Of a DNA stretch of 35,127 nucleotides, positions 16,880 to 26,782 are shown in pieces. Position 1 is the first letter of the stretch; each line of letters starts with the position of its first letter. The stretch is from positions 1 to 35,127 of the forward strand of contig CAZDDV010000008.1 of NCBI GenBank assembly GCA_964504275.1. Reading direction: 5' to 3'. The position numbers and the translations under genes are program-made. The notes beneath the pieces are model-generated. The model saw nothing but the letters and a program-made list of their open reading frames with translations. It did not search any database and was not told the origin of the DNA. Source of the DNA: an uncultured Candidatus Saccharibacteria bacterium (GTDB lineage: Bacteria; Patescibacteriota; Saccharimonadia; Saccharimonadales; JAGQNJ01).

Positions 16880-18241
16880 TTACTCTGAAGTATCAGGGGT
16901 GTCTTTGGAGTCTTTTTTTTCTGTATCTTCTTTTGATTCGTTAGCGTCGTCTTCTTTTTTGACGCCCTTATTGCCGCCGAACTTGAATCGACGCAAAAAT
17001 GAGGGTTTATCTAATTGGTCGTCATCGCTGGGGCTAATAACCATTCCCGGGCCGTCGTCTTCTTGACTAGCATCGTCTCCGTGGTCCATAGACCAAATGT
17101 TTGGCATAGGCGTGTCTTTGTGAAAATCATCGGCGCCTACTGCGTGCGCAGATGTAGTGAGCTCCATGTCAATATCTTGCATATCTTGATCATTTGTAAG
17201 ACTGGTCGATTTTGTTGTGCTCGTAGAATCATCAGCAGCACTATCATCCGCCGAAGACTGGGTGGCGGCACCACGTTTAGTAAAGTACGAAGCGTCAAAA
17301 CCTGTCGCAACAACGGTAATAATAATTTCGCCCGACAAATCTGGGTTAATTGTTGCACCAAAGATAATATTTGCATCTGGATCAGCGGCATTTGTAATGG
17401 TTTCGGCTGCGGTGTTAATTTCGTGCATGCTCATGTCGTGACCACCAATGACATTAAACAGGATGCCACGCGCACCATCGATCGATACTTCTAACAATGG
17501 GGACTCGATCGCCTGTTGAGCGGCTTTTACTGCTCGGTCGTCACCACTGGCGCGACCAATACCCATAAGAGCTGAGCCGGCCTTGCTCATGACTGTTTTA
17601 ACATCAGCAAAGTCGAGGTTAATTAAACCGTGAACTGTAATAAGATCAGAGATACCTTGAACCCCTTGACGAAGGACATCATCGGCAACCTTGAAAGCTT
17701 CTAGCAATGGAGTTTGGCGATCAATTGTCTGCAGCAAACGGTCATTCGGAATAATAATTAGTGTGTCTACAGCATCTCGCAAGTTATCAATTGCTGATTC
17801 GGCGTTTCGGCGGCGTTTTTCGCCCTCGAATGCAAATGGTTTTGTAGCGAAGCCTACAACAAGTGCACCCATTTCTGTTGCCGCTTTAGCCACAATATGA
17901 CCAGCGCCACTGCCGGTACCACCACCGGCGCCAAGAGTTACAAACACCATGTCTGCACCTTGCAGCATCGTTTTGATTTCGTCGATTGATTCTTCGGCCG
18001 CCTGTTGACCTACCGAAGGGTTTGCGCCGGCACCAAGTCCGCGCGTTGTGTCTTTGCCAATATGAAGTTTTTTGGTTGCCCGAGAGTGGTGCAACGCCTG
18101 CGCGTCTGTATTTACGGCAATAAATTCTACCCCGTCAACGCCAGCCTCAATCATACGATTAATCGCCGCGCCGCCGGCGCCGCCAACCCCAACAACTTTA
18201 ATTGACGCAAATGTCTCGATCGCTGGAGCAACTTGTGGCAT
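16880..18241 (-). CDS. ftsZ: Cell division protein FtsZ
   Basis: VGVGGAG, NTDAQAL, GGGTGSG tubulin signature, INLDFADV, C-terminal core LDKPSFLRR. Confidence 0.98.
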   Translation of the reverse strand: MPQVAPAIETFASIKVVGVGGAGGAAINRMIEAGVDGVEFIAVNTDAQALHHSRATKKLHIGKDTTRGLGAGANPSVGQQAAEESIDEIKTMLQGADMVFVTLGAGGGTGSGAGHIVAKAATEMGALVVGFATKPFAFEGEKRRRNAESAIDNLRDAVDTLIIIPNDRLLQTIDRQTPLLEAFKVADDVLRQGVQGISDLITVHGLINLDFADVKTVMSKAGSALMGIGRASGDDRAVKAAQQAIESPLLEVSIDGARGILFNVIGGHDMSMHEINTAAETITNAADPDANIIFGATINPDLSGEIIITVVATGFDASYFTKRGAATQSSADDSAADDSTSTTKSTSLTNDQDMQDIDMELTTSAHAVGADDFHKDTPMPNIWSMDHGDDASQEDDGPGMVISPSDDDQLDKPSFLRRFKFGGNKGVKKEDDANESKEDTEKKDSKDTPDTSE

Positions 18242-18375
18242 GAATTTCTTCCCTATTCCCTTATTTACCTATGTAGGGGCAGTATACCGCATGGTCGTAT
18301 CAACTGCAATCATGAGCGAATACCTTTTGTGTACCAATCAAAAAATGCTGAGTAATTTATTTTGGATGCGTCGTC

Positions 18376-19620
18376 TTACGAAACACGTTTTTTAATTTTG
18401 TCCCAAAAACCATTGATTGCACCGAACACTTTTTCGTTCGCACCCTTGCCATTTTGGCGTCCGCCACTCTGTGGCAGCAAGTACATATCGAGTAACATGA
18501 GCCCAATCGCAGAACTATACGACGGGTCTTTGACTGTATCAACCAAACCACCAACTGACTGTAGTTTGCCCAAGCGTGCTGCGAGCTGTAGTTTCTCTTT
18601 GGTAAATTCGGCAATACCTGGCAAGCGCGAAACGCCACCAACAATAACAACTCCGCCCGGCAAGCGCTGCGATTTATGTATACGTTTGAGCTCTTTTTCT
18701 ACCAGTTCTAACAGTTCTTCGATCCGTGCTTCGGTAATCATTTTTACGTCATCATTCTCAAAGAAGTACTGCTTTTTGCCAATCATCACTTTAACGTTGG
18801 CAGTTCCCTTACGATCAACAAGCGTGGCGTGATCGAGTTTTACTTTCTCTGCGATATCTAAATCAGTCTTGAGCCCAATTGCTAAATCATTCGTTAGGTG
18901 AATACCACCAACAGGAATAACCGCAACATGCTGAACCTCGCCGTCCTCAATAATTGCCATATTCGTTGTGCCGGCACCGATGTCCAAAATAAGCGTGCCT
19001 GCCTCTTTTTGCTCGCGGGTCAATACTGCTTCTGCTGCGGCTAAACTCGAAACGGTCCTGTGTGATGGTCGGACGTGTGCTTTTTCAAGTACGACCTCGA
19101 GTGATTTCATATTCGGTGATGCCGCTGTCACAATATGCGTGTCTACTTCTAGGCGGACGCCGTGCATGCCAACGGGGTCTTTGATATTATCCTGGCCGTC
19201 GACGCGATAATTTTTAGCAAACACCTGGATAATTTCGCGATTAGCTGGCAAATTGACAATGGTGGCCGCTTCTTCAACTCGCAAGCGGTCCTCATTGCCA
19301 ATCTGTCGATCGCTCGAACTTATCGCGATAACGCCTGTCGAATTAATACCGCTGACGTGCGAGCCGTTAACGTTTACGGTTGCTGAATGAATATGAAAAC
19401 CTGAAACGCGCTCGGCCTCAGTGAGAGCCTTACTTATCGCCTCTGACACTTCTTCCATATGAGCAACGGCGCCTTTTCGCATACCGTTGTTTTTGGCTTG
19501 GCCATGACCAACAATCGCAGCCTTGGTTGGATCAACAGGGTCTGGTGTACCCACAACACAACGGACCATAGCCGTACCGATGTCTAACCCCACGAAGTAG
19601 GGGGAATTTTGTTCGCGCAT
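18376..19620 (-). CDS. ftsA: Cell division protein FtsA
   Basis: GLDIGT, GMRKG, PVGMHGVRLE, DIGAGTT, VGG..LTNDLA and a C-terminal amphipathic helix (FWDKIKK). Confidence 0.96.
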   Translation of the reverse strand: MREQNSPYFVGLDIGTAMVRCVVGTPDPVDPTKAAIVGHGQAKNNGMRKGAVAHMEEVSEAISKALTEAERVSGFHIHSATVNVNGSHVSGINSTGVIAISSSDRQIGNEDRLRVEEAATIVNLPANREIIQVFAKNYRVDGQDNIKDPVGMHGVRLEVDTHIVTAASPNMKSLEVVLEKAHVRPSHRTVSSLAAAEAVLTREQKEAGTLILDIGAGTTNMAIIEDGEVQHVAVIPVGGIHLTNDLAIGLKTDLDIAEKVKLDHATLVDRKGTANVKVMIGKKQYFFENDDVKMITEARIEELLELVEKELKRIHKSQRLPGGVVIVGGVSRLPGIAEFTKEKLQLAARLGKLQSVGGLVDTVKDPSYSSAIGLMLLDMYLLPQSGGRQNGKGANEKVFGAINGFWDKIKKRVS

Positions 19621-19682
19621 GTTGGCAGTATACCGCTTATACTAACTTTCGGGCAAGTCCTGTGCCATTTTACTGATACATG

Positions 19683-20447
19683 CTATGGCAGCGGCGTGAG
19701 TATTTCAGCACCATCCCCTGTGACTAATACCGTCATTTCAAAATGAGCCGACTGCGAACCATCTTTGGTCCGAACCGTCCAACCATCGGTCGCATCAACG
19801 TATACTTCGTGTGCGCCGCGCGTCGACATTGGTTCAATCGCAATCGTCATACCGGCGTGCAACATCGGCCCTTGGTTTGGCAAACCATAGTTTGGAACAT
19901 TAGGATCCTCGTGCATCTGATGACCAACACCGTGACCAACAAAATCACGCACAATACCAAAGCCAGCCTGGTCAAGAATGTTCTGAACCGCCGCACCAAT
20001 CGTGCCAGTTTTGACGCCATCTTCAATAACGTCAACGGCTGCTTCCAGAGCGCGGCGAGTTTCGCGTAGCAAATTCTCGTCGGCCCTACTCTTTGGATTG
20101 CCAGCGATCATACTAAACGCCGCATCGGTAATCAATCCCTTGTGCAAAACACAAAAATCCACGCTCACGATGTCGCCATCTTCGACAACACGATTTTTAC
20201 TTGGAATTCCATGTACAACTTCGTCGTTAAGCGACACGCACATGGCCTCCGGGAAACCGTAATAGCCTAAAATAGCCGGTTTTCCGCCAAGATCGGTCAA
20301 CGTTTTGTGCGCATGATCAGAAATTTGCTTAGTCGTTAGCCCGGGCTTTATATACGTTTGTAGTTCCGAAAAGACCTTGCCAAGCATTGCGCCACCTTCA
20401 CGCATTGCGACAATTTCTTCGGCTGTTTTAGGCTGAGTCATTGCCAT
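19683..20447 (-). CDS. map: Methionine aminopeptidase type I
   Basis: SLNDEVVHGIP, DIVSVD, GHGVG..MHEDP, AIEPM, SAHFE. Confidence 0.97.
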   Translation of the reverse strand: MAMTQPKTAEEIVAMREGGAMLGKVFSELQTYIKPGLTTKQISDHAHKTLTDLGGKPAILGYYGFPEAMCVSLNDEVVHGIPSKNRVVEDGDIVSVDFCVLHKGLITDAAFSMIAGNPKSRADENLLRETRRALEAAVDVIEDGVKTGTIGAAVQNILDQAGFGIVRDFVGHGVGHQMHEDPNVPNYGLPNQGPMLHAGMTIAIEPMSTRGAHEVYVDATDGWTVRTKDGSQSAHFEMTVLVTGDGAEILTPLP

Positions 20448-20456
20448 AGCTAGTAC

Positions 20457-20993
20457 TTATTCCATCTGTAATGCTTTAAGAATATCTTGGTGAACGGTTC
20501 CGGTTGGTTGATCGCCGTTGATGTGATGAACTGCGACACCCTGTTGTTCGAGATAGTCCAAAAGTGGTTCTGTCGCGCGATGATATTCTTCGAATCGCTT
20601 CGTAATACTTGATTCGGTATCATCTGTTCGGGCGCGCGCCAATAAACGCTTTCGCACCACCGCCTCGTCAATACCAAGATGAATAACGGCATCCAAGCTA
20701 AACTTTCCGTGTGCAGCCTGCGAAACCAGCCACTCCGCCTGAGGAATACTGCGCGGCGTTCCGTCTAAAATACATTTTTTGAGATCTGTGACAGTTTTAA
20801 TCGCTTCGCCGATCATTGTAAAAATCTCATCGTCGCGTAACAAAACGCCCTCGTGCATTCGCTTTTTTTGATCTTCAGTCGCAAATGTTCGTAGCATTTC
20901 GCCAGTAGAAATCAGGGAATAGTTATTTTTATCAACCAGCATTTGGGCCTGCGTGCCTTTGCCCGCCCCAGCTAGGCCCATCATAATAATCAT
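20457..20993 (-). CDS. adk: Adenylate kinase (short, LID-less type)
   Basis: GLAGAGKGTQA, STGEMLR, LDGTPR, R.DD motif with no long LID insertion. Confidence 0.92.
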   Translation of the reverse strand: MIIMMGLAGAGKGTQAQMLVDKNNYSLISTGEMLRTFATEDQKKRMHEGVLLRDDEIFTMIGEAIKTVTDLKKCILDGTPRSIPQAEWLVSQAAHGKFSLDAVIHLGIDEAVVRKRLLARARTDDTESSITKRFEEYHRATEPLLDYLEQQGVAVHHINGDQPTGTVHQDILKALQME

Positions 20994-21445
20994 TAGTTGA
21001 GTCTTTCTTTTACAAGCCGAGCAATCGTAGCGCCGTCACCGACTGGTCCAATCTTTTGCTTCACCTTACCAATGATTTGCCCCATCATCTGCGGCGTGAC
21101 GTCTGGCGTACCAGCAATGACTTCATCGACAATTTTAGCGACGTCCGCCTCGGGCATTTGCGCTGGCAAATACACTTCTATCAGAACTTTTTCGCGAAGT
21201 TCTTTGTCGGCGCGATCTTGGCTATTGCCCTGAATGTACAGTTCGGCGCTTTCGGTGCGCATTTTTGATTCTCTTTTGAGCAATTGTATTACTTCAGCGT
21301 CATCTAAGCCGGTATCTCGTTTGTTGCTGGCAATTTCGGCGTTCAAAATAACACTTTTAAGCCCGCGAAGTACTGTGGCCTTTTCTTTCTCGCCGGCTAG
21401 AAGTGCAATTTTTAGGTCTTGTTCGATTGTTTGTTTGATGCCCAT
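20993..21445 (-). CDS. GatB/YqeY domain protein
   Basis: L+..LK..I...E, K.R.ES...Y, E...I..YLP.Q, MG.I.G pattern; follows rpsU as is usual. Confidence 0.92.
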   Translation of the reverse strand: MGIKQTIEQDLKIALLAGEKEKATVLRGLKSVILNAEIASNKRDTGLDDAEVIQLLKRESKMRTESAELYIQGNSQDRADKELREKVLIEVYLPAQMPEADVAKIVDEVIAGTPDVTPQMMGQIIGKVKQKIGPVGDGATIARLVKERLN

Positions 21446-21474
21446 TAATTAATGCCCTCGAATAATCGTAGCGA

Positions 21475-21693
21475 TTATCTCTGAGTTGTTGTAGTTGGTC
21501 GAGTCATTTTTACAGATTTGCGAGATTTACGGACGATTGCGCGTTCGCGACGTTCTCGTTTACTGATTGGCTTTTCGAAATACTGGTTTTGTTTAGCCTC
21601 GGCCAAAACGCCTGATTGCTGAACTTTGCGCGTAAAACGGCGCAGTAAGTTCTCGAGTGGTTCTTTTGGATCTTTGCGTGAAACTTGAATCAT
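21475..21693 (-). CDS. rpsU: 30S ribosomal protein S21
   Basis: E.LE.LLRRF.RKV...G.L...K...YFEKP pattern; TTGCAA-17 nt-TAGAAT promoter upstream. Confidence 0.93.
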   Translation of the reverse strand: MIQVSRKDPKEPLENLLRRFTRKVQQSGVLAEAKQNQYFEKPISKRERRERAIVRKSRKSVKMTRPTTTTQR

Positions 21694-21772
21694 ATGTTTG
21701 CTATTCTACTTGAAAGTTTTATTATTTGCAACTAGTTCTTCTCTGTTATTGACGCCCTGGCTGGATGAGTAT

Positions 21773-22060
21773 TTAGGCGTGTGTCTTTTTTTGTGCGGTG
21801 CGCTGTGATTTCAACACAATACTTTGCAATTCTTTAAAGATCACAAAGTGTTTATTGGTGTAGTACACTTTGGTATTTCCCTGTCGCTCTGAGATCAAAA
21901 AACCGATTTTCTCGAGGCGTTTAAGTTCGCGCTGAATGTTTCCAGCATCTTCTTTAATAAGTTTTGCGAGACCCCGAACGTGCGTTTTAAAGTCTGGATA
22001 TTTAGCATATACAACAATAATTTTGCGTCGGACTCGTGATGTTATAAATACGTCTAGCAT
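21773..22060 (-). CDS. Small winged-helix (ArsR-like) DNA-binding protein
   Basis: MLDVFITSRVRRKI...HVRGLAKLIKEDAGNIQRELKRLEKIGFL..ERQGN...Y. Start set at ATG 22060. Confidence 0.85.
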   Translation of the reverse strand: MLDVFITSRVRRKIIVVYAKYPDFKTHVRGLAKLIKEDAGNIQRELKRLEKIGFLISERQGNTKVYYTNKHFVIFKELQSIVLKSQRTAQKKTHA

Positions 22061-22194
22061 GATAATTATGACCTTTTTATCTGTCAGCCCTCCCAAAGAG
22101 CATGAGCGTTATTGTTATTCGAACAACGTAAATATTAGTATAGCGCGAGATTTATATTTTTCAATATGCGACACATACTTTTATACTGATTAGT

Positions 22195-24132
22195 ATGTTC
22201 TTTTACGAAATTTGGGTTGCGTCAATCAGTTATCACAAGCAAGCACCGCTGACGTATTCGAGCGATAAAAAACTCAGCGTCGGCGATATTGTAGAGGTAC
22301 ACCTACAATCCAAGGTAATCACCGGCTTTGTCGCGCGAGCTTGTCCGCAACCTAAATTCAGCGCCAAACCAGTAATTCGGGTGATCGAAACTGCCCGACT
22401 TCCAAGCGAACTTATCAAACTGCACCATTGGTTACTTGAGTATTACCCGGCACCAAGCGGTCAAATCACCCAACTTTTTGTGCCGACTAATTTGCCGCAA
22501 AAAATTACGACCAGCATTTCGCCCGCTGCCAGCAACATAAAAACTTCGCATTTGCCACCGCTCACCAAAGAACAAACAAGTGCACTGAAAACAATTCGCA
22601 GCAAGCGGCCCAGCAACTTTTTGCTGCACGGCGATACTGGCACCGGCAAAACTCGCGTCTACGTTGAACTCACAGAGGAAGCGCTCAATAACAATCAATC
22701 AGCAATAATTTTAACGCCAGAAATCGGCCTCACCCCGCAACTGCAAAAAACGCTGCGCGAAGTGTTTGGCGAGCGCGTTGTCGTGAATCACTCTAAACTA
22801 ACGGCTGCCGAGCGACGATCGTTGTGGTTGCGCGTTGCGGCAACAATAGAGCCACTCGTTATTGTCGGGCCCCGCTCAGCACTGTTTTTGCCTGTCAAAA
22901 ATCTCGGACTGATTGTTCTGGACGAAGCTCACGACCACAGTTACAAGCAAGAACAGTCGCCCAACTATGTTGCTTCGCGTGTTGGCGCAAAACTGGCCCA
23001 GCTACATAATGTGGATTGTATTTTTGGCACCGCAACACCTTTAGTTGCTGATTTTTACAGCTTTAAAGCTCATCATGTACCGATCATCAGAATGACCGAG
23101 CGTATCGGGGATCACATCAAAGAACCTTCGATTGTAGTCATTGCGCGCGGCGACAAAGAAAAATTTAAGCGTTCGTGGTTGTTTTCTGAGCCCTTGCTCC
23201 AGGCAATTGAGGAAGTAAAACAGAATAAAAAAACATCCCTAATATTTTTGAATCGACGCGGCACTGCTCGGCTTGTTATTTGCAATAACTGCGGCTGGCA
23301 AGCAACTTGTCCACGCTGTGATCTGCCGCTTGCCTATCATCAAGATCAGCATTCGCTTCGATGCCACGTTTGCGGATATAATTCCCCGCCGAAGCTCGCT
23401 TGCCCTGATTGCCAAAACACCGATATACAGTTTCGATCGGCTGGCACAAAGGCGCTGCAAGAGGAATTACATAAACTATTCCCTGATCTGTCTATCAGCC
23501 GATTTGATAGCGATAACACCACGAGCGAATCGCTCGAAAAGGCATTTGATACATTACACCGTGGTGAAGTTGACATCATTATCGGCACTCAAATTATCGC
23601 CAAAGGTTTTGATTTGCCCACACTCGGCCTCGTTGGCATTCCGTTCGCCGACAGCAGTTTGTATATTCCCGATTACACCGCCGATGAGCAGACCTTCCAA
23701 CTCCTTACACAGGTGATGGGGCGTGTTGGTCGCACCGATCAGGCGACCAAGATTATTGTTCAAACATATGACGCTGATCAGCCAGTTCTAAAAGCTGCTT
23801 TAGCGAAGAAATGGAATGATTTTTACAACAAACAATTGATTGAACGTGAACAATATCAATATCCACCTTTCCACTATTTGTTACAGCTGAGTTATTCGGC
23901 AAAAACAGAGGTTTCGGTAAAACAACATGCGAATGCTTTAGCCGAACAACTTAAAAAAGCCAGTTCTCGACTAACTATTTTGGGACCGACACCAAGGTTT
24001 CATCACAAAATTAACGACGTTTATAATTGGCAAATCATCGTGAAAGCAAAGAATCGCAAGGATCTTCTTGCGGTGATCAAGCAGCTGCCTCCAAAATGGC
24101 GACACAATATCGACCCAGTTAATCTACTCTAG
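22195..24132 (+). CDS. priA: Primosomal protein N' (replication restart helicase)
   Basis: GDTGTGKT, PEIGLTPQ, DEAHD.SYKQ, LNRRG, four CxxC pairs, GTQIIAKG.D, QVMGRVGR. Confidence 0.97.
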   Translation: MFFYEIWVASISYHKQAPLTYSSDKKLSVGDIVEVHLQSKVITGFVARACPQPKFSAKPVIRVIETARLPSELIKLHHWLLEYYPAPSGQITQLFVPTNLPQKITTSISPAASNIKTSHLPPLTKEQTSALKTIRSKRPSNFLLHGDTGTGKTRVYVELTEEALNNNQSAIILTPEIGLTPQLQKTLREVFGERVVVNHSKLTAAERRSLWLRVAATIEPLVIVGPRSALFLPVKNLGLIVLDEAHDHSYKQEQSPNYVASRVGAKLAQLHNVDCIFGTATPLVADFYSFKAHHVPIIRMTERIGDHIKEPSIVVIARGDKEKFKRSWLFSEPLLQAIEEVKQNKKTSLIFLNRRGTARLVICNNCGWQATCPRCDLPLAYHQDQHSLRCHVCGYNSPPKLACPDCQNTDIQFRSAGTKALQEELHKLFPDLSISRFDSDNTTSESLEKAFDTLHRGEVDIIIGTQIIAKGFDLPTLGLVGIPFADSSLYIPDYTADEQTFQLLTQVMGRVGRTDQATKIIVQTYDADQPVLKAALAKKWNDFYNKQLIEREQYQYPPFHYLLQLSYSAKTEVSVKQHANALAEQLKKASSRLTILGPTPRFHHKINDVYNWQIIVKAKNRKDLLAVIKQLPPKWRHNIDPVNLL

Positions 24133-24186
24133 CAATTTACTCTGGCAATCTGTTATAACACCGTAATATGCGCTATACTGGCGTCA

Positions 24187-24765
24187 ATGGCCGCAAGTAG
24201 AAAAGACATTATCACCCTACCTCATAAGGATTTACGCAAACGCTCCGTACGGGTTGGGCTTATCACCCCTGAGATTTATCAAAAAATTGAGGATATGAAG
24301 ACCGCGACCCTAGACTGGGAAGATCATCGCGATCACGAAGTCAGTGTGGCCCTCGCTGGTGTGCAAGTTGACGAATTGCTGCGCATCGTAATTATCCGCG
24401 AAAGTTTTGAAGATAAATCTAACCGTAACTTTATGGTATTCATTAACCCAGAAATTACCAAACTCGAGGGCGAAATCGAAGAAGATTTCGAGGGATGCCT
24501 CAGTATCCTCGACGTCTACGGTAAAGTCCCCCGTCATAATAAGGTGAGGGTTAAAGCGCTGAATAGTAACGGTAAAGAAGTCCGTATCACTGCCGAAGGG
24601 TTTTTGGCGCGCGTGTTCCAGCACGAAATTGATCATACTAAAGGAACATTATTTGTCGATCACATCAAAGACGACCCCGAGGCATTCTACAAACTCAGCA
24701 AAGACGGTAAACTGGAGGCGCTCGATTATGACAAAGATGTCAAAAACAATCGTATTCTTTGGTAG
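24187..24765 (+). CDS. def: Peptide deformylase
   Basis: EGCLS and QHEIDH motifs; motif 1 is degenerate (SVALAGVQ instead of GxGLAAxQ). Confidence 0.95.
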   Translation: MAASRKDIITLPHKDLRKRSVRVGLITPEIYQKIEDMKTATLDWEDHRDHEVSVALAGVQVDELLRIVIIRESFEDKSNRNFMVFINPEITKLEGEIEEDFEGCLSILDVYGKVPRHNKVRVKALNSNGKEVRITAEGFLARVFQHEIDHTKGTLFVDHIKDDPEAFYKLSKDGKLEALDYDKDVKNNRILW

Positions 24766-25639
24766 TGGCCCGGTTGCTGCCGCGTCACTAGAGTTTTTGC
24801 ATAAACACTTTTCAATCGAAGCGGTTGTTACTAAAACAAAACCAGCGCACCACAAAGGTTCGGCGCCAGTTGAAGAGTTCGCCAAAGAAAAAAACCTCCC
24901 AACTCACTACGCAAACTCCATGAGCGAACTCGATAACGTTGTTGGTACGAACCAGTTCTCAAGTCCGCTTGGAATAATCATTGATTACGGCGTCATCGTA
25001 AGTCAACAAACCATTGATTACTTCCCGCTCGGCATCGTAAACAGTCATTTCAGCCTACTCCCAGAGTGGCGGGGAGCAGACCCTATTACATTTTCACTAC
25101 TGAGTGGCCAGAAAAAAACAGGCGTTAGTTTAATGATTATTGAGCCCGATTTAGACACCGGTAAATTAATTGCTCAACGTAGTCTCGCTATTCGTCCGGC
25201 AGATACAATTCAAACCCTAACCGACAGCCTGATTCAGCTCAGCAACCAGCTACTTCTAGAATTCATTCCGCCCTATCTTAGCAGTGATTTAAAACCTCGC
25301 AATCAGTCGCATCCAGACAGAGCTACGTACTCGAGAAAACTCACCAAAGCAGATGGAATCATTGATTGGCAAAAACCTGCCGAACAGATTGAGCGAGAAA
25401 TTAGAGCTTTCTTGGGCTGGCCGGCTAGTCGAACACAACTTGCAAATAAAGATGTAATTATTACGTCTGTCCGCGTATTAACAGATCTGGGAGAGTCAGG
25501 CAAAGCCGTTGTAAAAGATAAAAATTTAGTAATATTCTGCGGTAAAAACGCACTAATTATTGATTCGTTGAAACCTGCTGGCAAAAAAGAAATGTCCGGC
25601 GCTGCGTTTGTAGTCGGACATAAAGATTTACTTATCTAA
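24728..25639 (+). CDS. fmt: Methionyl-tRNA formyltransferase
   Basis: IVFFGS, NSHFSLLPEWRGADPI, TGVSLM, LDTG, IDW. Start is 24728 or 24737, overlapping the end of def. Confidence 0.95.
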   Translation: MTKMSKTIVFFGSGPVAAASLEFLHKHFSIEAVVTKTKPAHHKGSAPVEEFAKEKNLPTHYANSMSELDNVVGTNQFSSPLGIIIDYGVIVSQQTIDYFPLGIVNSHFSLLPEWRGADPITFSLLSGQKKTGVSLMIIEPDLDTGKLIAQRSLAIRPADTIQTLTDSLIQLSNQLLLEFIPPYLSSDLKPRNQSHPDRATYSRKLTKADGIIDWQKPAEQIEREIRAFLGWPASRTQLANKDVIITSVRVLTDLGESGKAVVKDKNLVIFCGKNALIIDSLKPAGKKEMSGAAFVVGHKDLLI

Positions 25640-25647
25640 ACTTATTA

Positions 25648-26136
25648 TTACTGAGGGTACTGTGGTGGATTTTGGGCTTGCTGCGGCGCAGGCGGCATCG
25701 GTTGAGGCTGTTGTGGCTGGACTGCTAGTGGTTGTGGTATTTGCGGCGACTGACCAATGCCCATCGCTGGATCTTGCGCAGCAGTCATTTGTGGTACTGG
25801 CGGAGCAGAGGCCAAAATCTGCGGAGCGGCCGTTCTAATCTCAACTTTTAGTTTTTCTAACTCTTCGGCGACGACTGCTTTATAGTTTGGAAAGTTTGAT
25901 TCCAGCCATTTAAGCGCCGCTTGTTCTTTTTGCTGTCGGACTTCTTGGCTATCTTCTTGAAGTGGCATGAGCGTTTCAAATTCATCAAGCTGAGATTCAC
26001 TCATTCCCTCTGCAAGTCGCATGCCAACACGCATCTCGAGCGTTTCGTATATATGCGCAAGCATTCGGTTTTTTTCTTGAGGTGGCAATCCGCCGAGCCC
26101 AAGTTCAATCAGTAAATTGTTGTCGAGTTTAAACAT
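25648..26136 (-). CDS. DUF5663-like protein with Pro/Gln-rich tail
   Basis: L..LGL..LP..EK..ML..IYETLE.RVG.RL...MS..QL.EF pattern, recalled as typical of CPR; C-terminal P/Q low complexity; three consecutive TAA codons. Confidence 0.75.
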   Translation of the reverse strand: MFKLDNNLLIELGLGGLPPQEKNRMLAHIYETLEMRVGMRLAEGMSESQLDEFETLMPLQEDSQEVRQQKEQAALKWLESNFPNYKAVVAEELEKLKVEIRTAAPQILASAPPVPQMTAAQDPAMGIGQSPQIPQPLAVQPQQPQPMPPAPQQAQNPPQYPQ

Positions 26137-26179
26137 AGTTTTATTGTATCAGACAGCTTAGTAAGATTAAAAATGCTTT

Positions 26180-26770
26180 CTATTGCGTTAGTTTGAGCGT
26201 TATAAAAATCGCCAGAATCGCAGTTGCTGCCGTCAAGCCAACCAGAATCGCTTGTTGGTACATGCTAACTGATGTTGGTACATAATTATTGGTCTTCGTT
26301 AAATCCCGTAATTCGGTGCGTAAGTCTGCCTTGGCTTGTTGCTCGTCTTCAAAGGATTGATCTGGCAGTAACGTATGTGTTGAGTCATCATCGACTACGC
26401 TATTATCGTCCTGGCGGCTGATATATGCACTGGGCTCATCTTTGGCTTCGTGACTAAGCTCCTCGAGGGCTTCTTGCGCGTTATTCCGTTCCGCGGCTTG
26501 TTGAACTTGCCTAAGAATCGCATCTGTGTCCATACTGACCGGACGCGGCATCGGCAGCGTAGAAGGATCAACTTCGGCCATTTGCCGCACTTGACTATTC
26601 GGATTCTTCTTAAGGGTTTCGGCCGCCACGAGCGCCGCAAGTGTCGGCTGAGCCTGACGCATTTCATGACTGGTTTCTTGGGCGAGCTCTGGCGCCGGCA
26701 GCAGATGCTCTACTTTTGGCAATTGCATTTCTGTAGCATCAAGGTCTATGCGGGGCTGATCGCCTTCCAT
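26180..26770 (-). CDS. Hypothetical tail-anchored membrane protein
   Basis: Acidic, probably disordered body and a single C-terminal hydrophobic helix; AAGGAG upstream; 12 nt after the infB stop. Confidence 0.75.
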   Translation of the reverse strand: MEGDQPRIDLDATEMQLPKVEHLLPAPELAQETSHEMRQAQPTLAALVAAETLKKNPNSQVRQMAEVDPSTLPMPRPVSMDTDAILRQVQQAAERNNAQEALEELSHEAKDEPSAYISRQDDNSVVDDDSTHTLLPDQSFEDEQQAKADLRTELRDLTKTNNYVPTSVSMYQQAILVGLTAATAILAIFITLKLTQ

Positions 26771-26782
26771 GATTATCGCTCC

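Noticed and set aside
21773-22060. MNT-HEPN toxin-antitoxin system, since the wHTH resembles the N-terminus of some nucleotidyltransferase antitoxins
   Set aside because: No nucleotidyltransferase domain and no adjacent HEPN gene.
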